Below, one piece after another: positions 49,047-59,336 of a stretch of 64,000 bases of DNA (positions are counted from its first letter, which is position 1; every line of letters begins with the position of its first letter). The position numbers and the translations under genes are program-made. A model generated the notes under the pieces. It searched no databases and was not told the origin of the DNA. It saw only the letters and a program-made list of their open reading frames with translations. The stretch comes from Cirrosporium novae-zelandiae (lineage: Eukaryota): assembly GCA_026023565.1 (NCBI GenBank), contig JAPETS010000044.1:1-64000 (forward strand), read 5' to 3'.

Positions 49047-51259
49047 ATGGACGAAACCATAATGAACAGTCGGAACGGCGGTCGAGCATGCCGGAGGTGT
49101 GCAACAGCCAAGACCAAATGTGTTTACCCAAACACCTACACCAGCCCCATCGGTCAATGTGAACGGTATGCAATGCTTATCACCACTTTTAGAATTCAGC
49201 CAAGGACTCTCTTTAACATTATTCTTACTGCAGATGTCGTCGATTGAAGAAAGAGTGTGTTATCCGACCCGTGGTCCCTCATAAGCGGAAACCTCCCAAG
49301 ACGTTTGTTACCCCAACTCCGGTGACATCACAGATATCAACTAACCTCTGGAATCACTCTAGACGTGTCGCACAGCTGGAGCAGAAGCTCGATGGCATAG
49401 TAAATCTGCTTACATCCTCACAAGCATCGCGGGGGACCTCTTCACCTGGCGAAACCATATCCCTCTGTTCAAATCCACTTCCATCAAATAGTTTCCATCC
49501 CGTAACCCCTCAACTCAGCGACAATGGCTCTCTTCCAGATCCTGATGTCGATCCCGAATATGAGGAGGTCCTTTTTAATCTGTACCAAGCCAATATGGCC
49601 GGATATTTCCCGTTTGTCGTCATACCCCCAGACACAACTGCTAAGAACCTAAAAAGCCAGAAGCCATTCCTACTCAAAGCAATTATTATGGTGGCTTCTT
49701 ATCAAGATCCAGCGAAACAGACGGCCCTCGGAAAAGGCATCATGGAATATCTGAGTGTGCATATGTTATTACAAGGGGAGAAAAGCCTAGATTTATTGCA
49801 GGGTCTGCTTGTATACATTGCATGGTCAGTTTTACCCAGCTTGTGGAAATTCATTCAGTATCAAATTGCCAATATTGCCCGATCCACTAGCATATACCTA
49901 TCCATATTTTGTGGGTTTGCTTTTCATTCAATCGCTTACTTTGGGTTGCCCTAGGTATCACTATTCGTGGCATCCTAATTATCAAATGACCAATTTACTG
50001 CAACTTGCAGTCGCACTATTAGTCGATTTGCGATTAAATAAACCACCCGGGGGGATCGAAAGATACAAGATGATGATTGAGACCATGCGAGCCGCATATG
50101 GAGACGCAACAGCTTCGGAACCTCACACGCTTGAAGAACGGAGGGCCCTTTTGGGCTGCTTCTATCTGACTTCAATGTACGTTCTTCATCCTTTCAACTC
50201 TTTTGGACAAAACAAATCTATTGATGGATATTTGAATGAGAGAACTGTGTATGTTTTGTGCTTGAAGTTGATGTCTGAGTTCAGTTGCATGGGATTTATA
50301 CTTACAACCTCCCTAGGGTATCAGCAACCATCCGAAAGCTAGATGCTTTACGGTTCACGTCGTATATGGATGAAGGTTGTCGGACCTTACTTGAGGCTGG
50401 GGAATATCCAAGCGACACCTATCTAACGCATTTGGTAAATTTACAGAAGACAGTAGAGAGAATCAGCGAGAGCCCTCTTCATAGCGAAGCTGATTCTTCT
50501 TCAAATCGCAAGCCTCCTGTTGGCATGTATGTGAAAGGGGTTCAGGAGGAAATGACCCGGTTTAAGGACTCTCTTCCTCCCGAGCTTCAACAAAGCCGTG
50601 AGTACCTCCCTAAACCGACTTTGGAGGAATGCTTACTTATTGTGGTATTAGCCTTGGTTCTGTTGTATTATTATAGCGCACAAATTCGTCTCTACGAAGT
50701 TGGTGTATACGATTCACCAAAGCACATATACTACGGCAATTATCCCTTTGGGCATTTAGAAATCCTCTACTCCTGCATTATGGCTGTTAAAGATTTGCTT
50801 GACACGTATTACTCTATCCCCCCCGCGTCATATTTCGGGTTTCCATTCTACACATGGCTACAGCTAGGTCATGCACTCATAGTGCTGTCCAGGCTCTCTC
50901 TTTTTCAATGTGACGGCTGGGATCTAAGACATATTAAGACTATAGTAGACTTCTCAGAGGCAATTGACAGGGTGGCTACTCAGTTTGAAGAAGCTCGGGA
51001 GTTTTATCGTGTCAATGAGCTATCAGGAGAATCGGAAGACATTTTATCCAAGTTTTCGCGAAAGCTGCGGCGAGTCAAAGGATGGTTCGAAGCAAAGTTG
51101 GCTACAGAGTTGGGCCCAGAGATACCTCCACAACCACAGAGTTTGGTAACACCTCCAGCAACGGAAGAGCTGATTGACGAGTCTCTCTTTGAACAGCTAG
51201 ACAGTTCCTTTTGGGATGAGATAATGGGGAGCTGGCCTTTTATACCACCAATCCAATAA
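49047..51259 (+). CDS. Zn(II)2Cys6 transcription factor, multi-exon
   Basis: CRRCATAKTKC...CER-CRRLKKEC; RVAQLEQKLDGIVNLL; YFPFVVIP...KPFLLKAI; EKSLDLLQGLLVYIAW; EERRALLGCFYLTS. Confidence 0.9.
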
Positions 51260-51824
51260 CTATTTTTTTTTGTAACATAGATAGACGATCGTTGATAGGA
51301 GTTCGAATTTAATATTAGGATATACTGTGTCTACAGTATAGAATCTTCTGAAGTATCCTAGTTTCCAACAAAGCATCCACCTAAGACTCAAAAATATGGT
51401 GATATCAAACTAGGTAATAAGCAAGAATCACATTATCGATGACCCCATCCATTCCTTCGGTCATATCCACTAACCAACTAACTAACTAACCAACTAACTA
51501 ACAGGGCCCCAACAAAAAACGGGGGCGAGGGCAAGAAACCAAAAAAACTCCGTTCCCGACATACGACACACGAACGGGCACGGTTTCGAAAGATATATCC
51601 GTTCGCCGCATAACACACTTCACACTACACACTTCCAGAGACCAGAGAACAAATAAGTACTGAAGAGTTCCTATGGTAATTAGCATAGTGTAATAAAAGC
51701 CGGAATATTTAATTATACCAATCTTAATTTTAAAATCTTTATATACCAAGTTTTTACCAACGGTAATTTTTTTTTGATTTGACTTGGCATAAATCTTTTT
51801 TATAAAACGAACGACTTACCGATT

Positions 51825-54089
51825 ATGCCTCCATCCCTTCCTCCTTCTATACGTCGATTGCTTGACCATGATCAAAAGAAGACTTCACCCAGCAACAAGG
51901 CCTCGATCGAGAAGCAAAGAAAAAATTCATCGGAGCCTAGTACTCCTTCTTCGGAGCAGGAAATAATAAACCAACAACTAAACAACGATACCACAACTAC
52001 AAATTCAGATACTGCCAATGGCAATAATGACACCACTACAGACCCTACTACAGACCCTACTACAGAAGAGCAAGATGACTCCAAAGTCCTCAGAGGCTTC
52101 AAGTTATACATCGTATTCTTTGCAACAATCCTTGCAATCTTCTTGATGTCTCTTAATGGGACTATTGTTTCTACCGTACGTTTTGTCCTACCCCCGTGAA
52201 GTGTTGGTTCTAAGACTTACACGTTATGGAAATAGGCCATCCCACGAATAACGAGTCATTTCGATTCTATTGCTGATATTGGATGGTATGGGTGTGCTTA
52301 TCTGCTTTCGAAGTAAGTCTTGACCCCCCCCCCCCGGGTCGTCCGTTATATGTGGAAAGCTAATATGAGGTGTTGTGGTGTGGTGATATAGTTGTGCATT
52401 CCAACCCCTGACAGGGAGAATCTATAGTCTTTTCTCAACAAAGGTTTGTTTGTCTCTTACCAATTCTCTTCCTAGGCAGGAAGCTTGCTCTCTCTCTCTC
52501 TCTCTCTCTCTCCAAAACTTGAAGCGTATCCCCTCCCCATATCCATCAATTAAATCAAACTAACCCCTTTTTTACGTCGTTTTTCCATCTAGTGGACATT
52601 TATAATCTTTATCATCGTCTTCGAGCTAGGCTCCCTCCTATGCGCCGCTGCCACATCCTCAAACATGTTCATTATCGGCCGTGCTGTCGTAGGACTCGGC
52701 GGATCGGGTCTTTATAATGGCGCCCTCACTGTCATTGCGGCTACCACACCACGCGAACAACGGCCCGCGGTGCTAGGATTTGGCATGTCCATGTCCGGCA
52801 TCGCCTCGGTTGCGGGACCCCTGATCGGGGGTGCGCTCACGGAACACGCATCTTGGAGATGGTGCTTTTATATCAATTTACCCCTGGGGGGAATGACGGC
52901 GCTCCTGCTGTCGACCCTGGGAATCCCAGAACAGATGGCGAAGACGAAAATCAAGTCCATCTGGGAGTTGTTTGACAGATTGGATATGGTGGGGTTCATT
53001 CTGTTTGCGCCCGCGTGCATCATGCTGCTCCTGGCGGTCGAGTGGGGCGGTGTCAAGTACGCCTGGTCGTCGTCGCGCGTCATCGGGCTCATCTGTGGTG
53101 CCGTGGGCACGGTTGTCGTCTTTGGGTTCTGGGAGCATAGGAGGGGGAATGAGGCCATGATTCCTTTGCCCATGCTCAAGAAACCGATCATGTTCTTTAG
53201 CTGCGCGACGGCTTTTTTTCAGATGGGTTGCTTGATGATGCTGACGTACTACCTGCCGATCTGGTTTCAGGTCATCAAGGATGCGAGCCCGACTATGAGC
53301 GGAGTGATGAACTTACCCACGATAATAAGCCAGGTCATCAGCGTCATCATCTCTGGACAATTAGGTACGTCAACCTCAACCACAACGCCCCCATACCCGC
53401 CTTACTAACACCCCCCCCCACCAGTTACCCGAATAGGCTACTACACCCCCTTCGCAATTCTCGGCAGCATGCTCACCGCCATCGGCGCCGGCCTCCTCTC
53501 AACCTTCACTCTCACCTCCGGCTCCCCCCAATGGATCGGCTACCAAGTAATAATCGGCGTCGGCCGGGGTCTCGTCCTCCAAATGCCCATCGTCGCCGCC
53601 CAAAACGTGCTCTCCCCCTCCGAAGTCTCCGTCGGATCCGCCCTAATCGCCTTCAACCAATTCTTCGGCGGCGCCCTATTCGTCGGCTTCGCGCAAACGG
53701 TTTTCCAGAACCGGTTGAGGGCCGCGGTGGAGGCCGGGGTGAAGGGGGTTGAGCCGCAGGAGATTATCGATGTCGGGGCTACGAGTGTGAGGGGGTTGTT
53801 CAAGGGGACTGGTTTGTTGCAGGAGGTGTTGAAGGCGTATAATGAGGCGCTGACGCAGACGTTTTATTTGTCGGTGGGGGGGGCTTGTGTGGCGTTTTTG
53901 GCGGCGTGGGGGATGGGGTGGAAGAACATTAAGAAGGGGAAGAAGGTTGCCGAGGGGGGAGATGTGGAGAGTAAGGGGGGGGAGGGGGGAGAGAAGGTGG
54001 AGAAGGAGAAGGAGCAGGAGGAGCGGAAAGCGGAAGGGGATAATAAGGAAAGAGAAAAAGAAAAAGAAAAGGAAATGGAAATGGTATAA
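51825..54089 (+). CDS. MFS drug:H+ antiporter (DHA2, 14-TM; GliA/AflT-like toxin efflux pump), multi-exon
   Basis: FLMSLNGTIVST-AIPRITSHF...IGWYG; FIIGRAVVGLGGSG; GPLIGGALTEHASWRWCFYINLPLGG; YYLPIWFQVIK; WGMGWKNIK. Confidence 0.92.
52487..52512. repeat. (CT)n microsatellite in an MFS intron
   Basis: Direct read of a CTCTCT run. Confidence 0.85.
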
Positions 54090-54093
54090 ATTC

Positions 54094-54155
54094 GTGGAGT
54101 GGAGTGGAGTGGAGTGGAGTGGAGTGCGGGTAACACATACACACACACACACACA
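54094..54155. repeat. (GTGGA)n followed by (CA)n microsatellite just after the MFS stop codon
   Basis: Direct read of tandem GTGGA units, then ACACACAC. Confidence 0.85.
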
Positions 54156-55230
54156 ACGCAACCACAATGGATGGCTGGACATTCCAAAAAAAACCCAAAA
54201 AAAACTGGGATCCCTTCCATTCTTTTATTCTTCCCTAATATTAATTTTCTTTTGTTAAAAGTGGGGAAAAAGAGTGGGTTTAATTAATTATTATACATTT
54301 AATTCATTTCGTTTCGTTATATTGTTGTTATTATTCTTTATATATATATATAGATAGATAGATTTTAGGGGTATAAATATTGATAGAAAGGCAAACTAAT
54401 AGAACATTTATACCTACGTACCGATCTAGGTAAATAAGCTAAAAAAAAAGGACACAAGGGGGTTGGTGATTTGCTAATTAATTAAATTACCTGAGCGGAT
54501 GGATGCCTGCCTACTCACTCACCCGATATTAGGAGAGAGATAACTAGCTGTGTTGTAATAGTATGTATTGCCACCCCTGGCAAGTAACTTTTTTTTTATT
54601 CGTGATTGACTGGAGTTGGATTTTTTTTTTAATTTTGGGGATGTTTGTGGGATATATGTGATCTACAGTAAATGTAGATAGGTAAGACTAATTGATTGAT
54701 TGATTGGTTAATTACATTCAGATATTGAGATCACACGAGGGGTGGAGTACAACTATAAATTCTCAATGATGGATTTTCGTCTTGGCTTGGCTCATCTTGG
54801 CTATCTCGGTTTTGAAGTTTGGTTTGGTGTGGTTGGTGGTTGGTGGTAGAAGTTGGTATGAAGAAAGGGGGGGGAGGAAGGGAGATCTGGGAGATGGGTT
54901 GGGTTTGTCTCGTTTTATTCCGTTTACCCCGATTGCATCATGCCGTGCCGTAGCTTACGCGAGAGAGTGGGGAGCATTTGGACTCGCTGGTAGATTGAAG
55001 TTTGCGAGGTCTGATTAGGGCCCGAGGGATGCCCGTGGCGATGAGGATGGACCTTGTGCTGTCAAGAGGACTCTGGTCTGGATCTGGTGGGAAGCGACTT
55101 TGCTTTTCGGTATACATGGTCATGAACTCCTGGCGTAGAAAGGAAGGACGGTTGCGTGGAATGACAATGTCGGTCGATTGTTTTCGTTAGGGTTCTTTGT
55201 TGCTCGTGACAAAGGATTGAAAGGAGCTTG

Positions 55231-55698
55231 TTAAGGACCTCGTTCATGAAGTTTGATTTCTTGTTCGGTCAGCGTTGTACCTTCCCTAAAGTCTGAACCT
55301 GTCGCCAGCTGGAGGAGGATGTCGTCAAATTCCTCTGTTATATTCTTTCCCTCGAACTGTGCTGGATCGTCGACTTTGAATCCCCGTTTGTGCCATTCCT
55401 CAAAGTCGGCCATTGTGATGGTGTGATAAGGCTTCTTTAGGTCTTTGACAACCCGGTACTGCCAAGCCATGTAGGTTATAGCTGATCTCTTACTTTTCTC
55501 TGGTCCACCCATGATTTCACCCTGTCTACTGCTTTCCCGGATATCCTGATCTATAATGGCGTCGATGTTTTTAGGTCTACGCCTAGGTCCTACTGCCTTT
55601 GCGATTTTGTGGTACGCCATCTTATACCCCAATTTATCGTAAGTTGTGGCGCCTTTCGGACCCCTCCTCTGCGAATTTGGTTTTCTTTGTTTCAACAC
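55231..55698 (-). CDS. Fungal hypothetical-protein domain overlapping the end of the Amun-like ORF in another frame
   Basis: RGPKGATTYDKLGY...EIMG...MAWQYRVVKDLKKPYHTITMADFEEWHKRGFK...LATGSDFR reads as a protein, but no ATG precedes the RGPKG block. Confidence 0.55.
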   Translation of the reverse strand: MLKQRKPNSQRRGPKGATTYDKLGYKMAYHKIAKAVGPRRRPKNIDAIIDQDIRESSRQGEIMGGPEKSKRSAITYMAWQYRVVKDLKKPYHTITMADFEEWHKRGFKVDDPAQFEGKNITEEFDDILLQLATGSDFREGTTLTEQEIKLHERGP

Positions 55699-56535
55699 TT
55701 TTTTCCAGCTTTCTTTTTTTGGATGGTGGAGGTGGCCCTAATTTCTCATTGTCGTCTTGAACTTTCTCCCATTTCTGAAGAGTGCCAGACATTCCGCCTT
55801 GAGCTTCCTTTGCCAGCACATATGCCACCATTTCGGCATCGATCGCTTTGACCTCCTGTTTGCCGAGCCGGGTCCGCAGTTGTTCAAGCAACTCACATAG
55901 ATCCTTGTATTCTTTCATGGTATATTTGATCTTTCGATCCCATTTCTGATTTTTCGCATCCTGCCAGTGCAACCAGCGGAAGAGCTCATCGGAGAAGAAA
56001 GGGATATTTTCGCGGTCATAGCAGGAAAGTATGAGGGATGCCGTTGCAGGGCCAATCCCTTTCAGCTTTACGAGCGCAGAGAGAGCTTTACTCTTGCTGT
56101 CATCTGAGGTGGAGGATGCGTAGGTTGGTGAAGGCGGATTTAGTTATTGTGCGACAGTCTTCGACTGAATTCTGGGCGACTAGTTTGGCAAGGTTAGGAC
56201 GATAGGTTCCATGCTTTCTGTTCATGTATATTGTTGACAGTGATCAGCAATGTGAAGTCATTTGTTTGTAAGGACCAACAAGTCTTGGAGTAACCATGAC
56301 TGTTGTCCTGCTGCGAATAGAAAACTCACAGTTTCCAATCCACAAGACCTACTAAGTCTGTCTTTTCAAGAAAGGCATTGTTTTCTTCACGTCGTTTGAC
56401 TAGAACATCTGGGACAGTCTCGTTGCGGAATTGCTCGGCTCCTTGTAGCTTCGAGTCTATGGTCTGATGGTATCTCGCAAGGGCATTTTTAAAGTCGTCG
56501 AGACTAATATTATCGAAAGAAAGTGATGACTTCAT
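55634..56535 (-). pseudogene. Amun-like helix-hairpin-helix (DNA-glycosylase-fold) protein with an internal +1 frameshift
   Basis: Exon 1 56535-56330 (...LVGLVDWKL), intron 56329-56218, exon 2 KHGTYRPNLAKLVAQNS runs into TGA at 56102-56100. The conserved LVKLKGIGPATASLILSCYD...PFFSDELFRW...IKYTMKEY continues in the +1 frame. Confidence 0.7.
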
Positions 56536-57166
56536 TGTCGTTCAGATAGGTACATGTAATTATTATAATTGCAATAATGGTGATTGTTGGCCATGATAGA
56601 TCTGTACGATATGAGCCAGGGGAGGAACGTGTCCCCCAATTACGTCATCAAGGGGCAACAATCTTGACTCTTATAACTTTTATAACTCTTACAGCTCTAC
56701 AACTCTACAACTTTCACCACTTTCATAAAACAGAAAGATAAATATTTCCATGACTTTTAGAACTCAATTAATATTCTCTACCATCGGCTATATTCTCAAC
56801 TTGCATCTTCTAATTAGGCTTGGTGTTCCCACCTGAACTCTAGCTCTGATTACTGCCTTTGCTCATTGATTCTGATAGTGCCTTTGAACTCAACCTTGTC
56901 GGGTTCGGCCAAGGGAAGGTTTCTTTCAAATTTGATATTTTTATTATTTTCTTTAATCATCATTTCTTTAACTGATTGTTTTGCTATTATCATGCTGATA
57001 ATTCGATTCTTGTTCGTTCTTTATTTGCCGATGCCGAAAACGGCTGGCCCTGTCTTCCTATTAATATCAAGTCAAAACTACCTACATCACCTACTCTAGT
57101 CAAGGAATAATTCTTTCTATTTCATCCAAAACCATCGCTGTTTCCGTTATCGCCATCATTGCCATC

Positions 57167-59336
57167 ATGTTCCGCGTCGGGAAGGCCAATGCAAAGTCCA
57201 GAAGGGCACCGGTTCAACCGTCAGGCCTTCGAAAGGCAGCAGACGCTCTCCTCCATGATGAACCAAATCTTCCAGATGGCTTCATGTCTAGACTTAACTC
57301 CCTCCTAGGTACACGAGACCGAGTAGGACTTGATCGAGAGGTGTACGACTGGTACCGCAACAAGATGGCCCGTCCAGATTATCCGTTGATGCGGACTCTA
57401 GCAAACGAGAAACCAGATACCTTGCTCGCAGATGAAGTTCCGGCTGGATGGACCCAAGTAACAGACTTGGGTCAAGGAAACTTCGGATCGACTTCTTTAT
57501 GGATGCGTGACGAAGACGATGTAAGCACCCTTTTGTTGTAACCGTTATCAAGGCATTGAATCGAGGTACTGGCAATAAAATAGTCATTGTTTCTAATTAA
57601 ACATGATTCTTTCAATGAATACATACCTGATGCCTCTATAATGTTTCTGTTTATCATGACACTACCGAAATCTTTTGATTTAGTAACTTGACAATTTTTA
57701 TAGGAACTCGTTGTCGTAAAGGACACCAAATTTGACGAAGAGTTCTTCAAAGATTACAATAACGAAGGTTACTTGACCTACAGATTAAACCGCGCCGGAT
57801 GTCCCCATGTCATTAATGTTGAGGATTGGTACACCTAGTATGAGTGACTCGTATACTTCAGAAGAAATATTGATAAACTGACCTGAAACCTATAGTCCCG
57901 ATGCCCAACAGCATCGGCTGCTCTATGAATGGGCCGAACATGGTGACCTCCACAACCTATATAGCTTTTACTGGGTAAAAGGACTACAGATTCCAGAGCT
58001 ATTCATATGGCATACCTTTTATAGTATCGCAAACGCATTGTGCTTTATGCGATACGGCCAGAACACGAGGAAGAAGACCAAGGAAGGTTGGGAACAAATC
58101 CTACACCTAGATCTAAAAATGGAAAATATTTTCTTGTTTAGCCCCGGCGAAACCAATACGTTCTATCCTACCGTCAAGGTTGCAGATTTTGGCCAGGCTT
58201 ACACCCTTCCCCAGGGCAAGGAGCTTAACGCAGTTCTAAATTACAAATCGTCCTGGATAGGTGGCACCCCGGAGTGGAGGGCTCCAGAAAGGGTAAATGA
58301 GCAAGCTCCTGGCAGCTACAGTGATGTATGGGCATTGGGAAAGCTGATGATCGAATTGATGAGACCGGCTCAAAAGTATCTAGAGGAACAGCTACCTTTT
58401 GAACCACTTGGAGGAGAGCATTTACCATATAGCACAAAGCTCTTGGACCTGGCGTTTGATGCTTTTCATGATGACCCGATGCAGAGACCGGATATCTTTG
58501 GCCTATTCCAAGCAGTTCGTAAGGAATACAAATATCATACAAGGCAAACGGAGGCTACGATTCAAGCGAACAGGACGGCAGCCCAGCCGGTCGCATTCCT
58601 ATCGCATGAAATCTTATACAAACGGCAGCACCAAGATATGTTCAATACTAACTCAAATTTTGCAAATGAATATAGAGAAGCAAATATCACGGTATCCGAA
58701 ATGGATTTTGACAACATAGTACGGGCGATCAGTATTAATCCCATCCCACTCTACAAGTTTCCTCCTCCTGCATATTTGGAGGACCCTGACGACAATCCTG
58801 TGGCCCCCCCTCGCATTGAGTCTGGACATCCTCCCGTCGCAGAAGCCAGGACTCAAAACGTTCGGGATTATAACCCTCCAATTAGTGCTTTAGAGCGTCC
58901 CCTTCGGCGCCGTTCACATGTCAGGCGAAGGGCCCCGCCACCTGCATATCCAGCTCTCGAAGAAGATCCCATGGACTGGGAGAATGATCTTATCCCCCCT
59001 CGTTCAAGGTCCACCCGTGCATCTGCTTCATCTAGACACCATCCCGCGTACCCGCCTCCTACATATCGCGCGTACTCGTCTCCTAAATATATACCTGCAC
59101 CTCGATCACCGCTCCAAAAGTCCATACCAGCTACGCATTATTGGCAAGCAAGAGAACAACGACGACGGCGGCAACGGCAACAAAAACAAGAAGAACCCTA
59201 TACAAGCCAGGACGATCAGCCTTATGCGTCTTCCTCTCATAGTCCTGCTTCATACACCGAGGAGGACTATATATTACCCAATGCTCCAATAAATCTCCCA
59301 CAGCGTCCTTCCCATGTACGCAGACGGCCCCGCTAG
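57167..59336 (+). CDS. Divergent Ser/Thr protein kinase (non-RD), paralog B (3 exons)
   Basis: LGQGNFG; intron 57521-57703; ELVVVKD...YNNEGYLTYRL; intron 57838-57895; YEWAEHGDL, HLDLKMEN, VKVADFG, GGTPEWRAPE, SDVWALG; Pro/Arg-rich tail. Confidence 0.88.
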
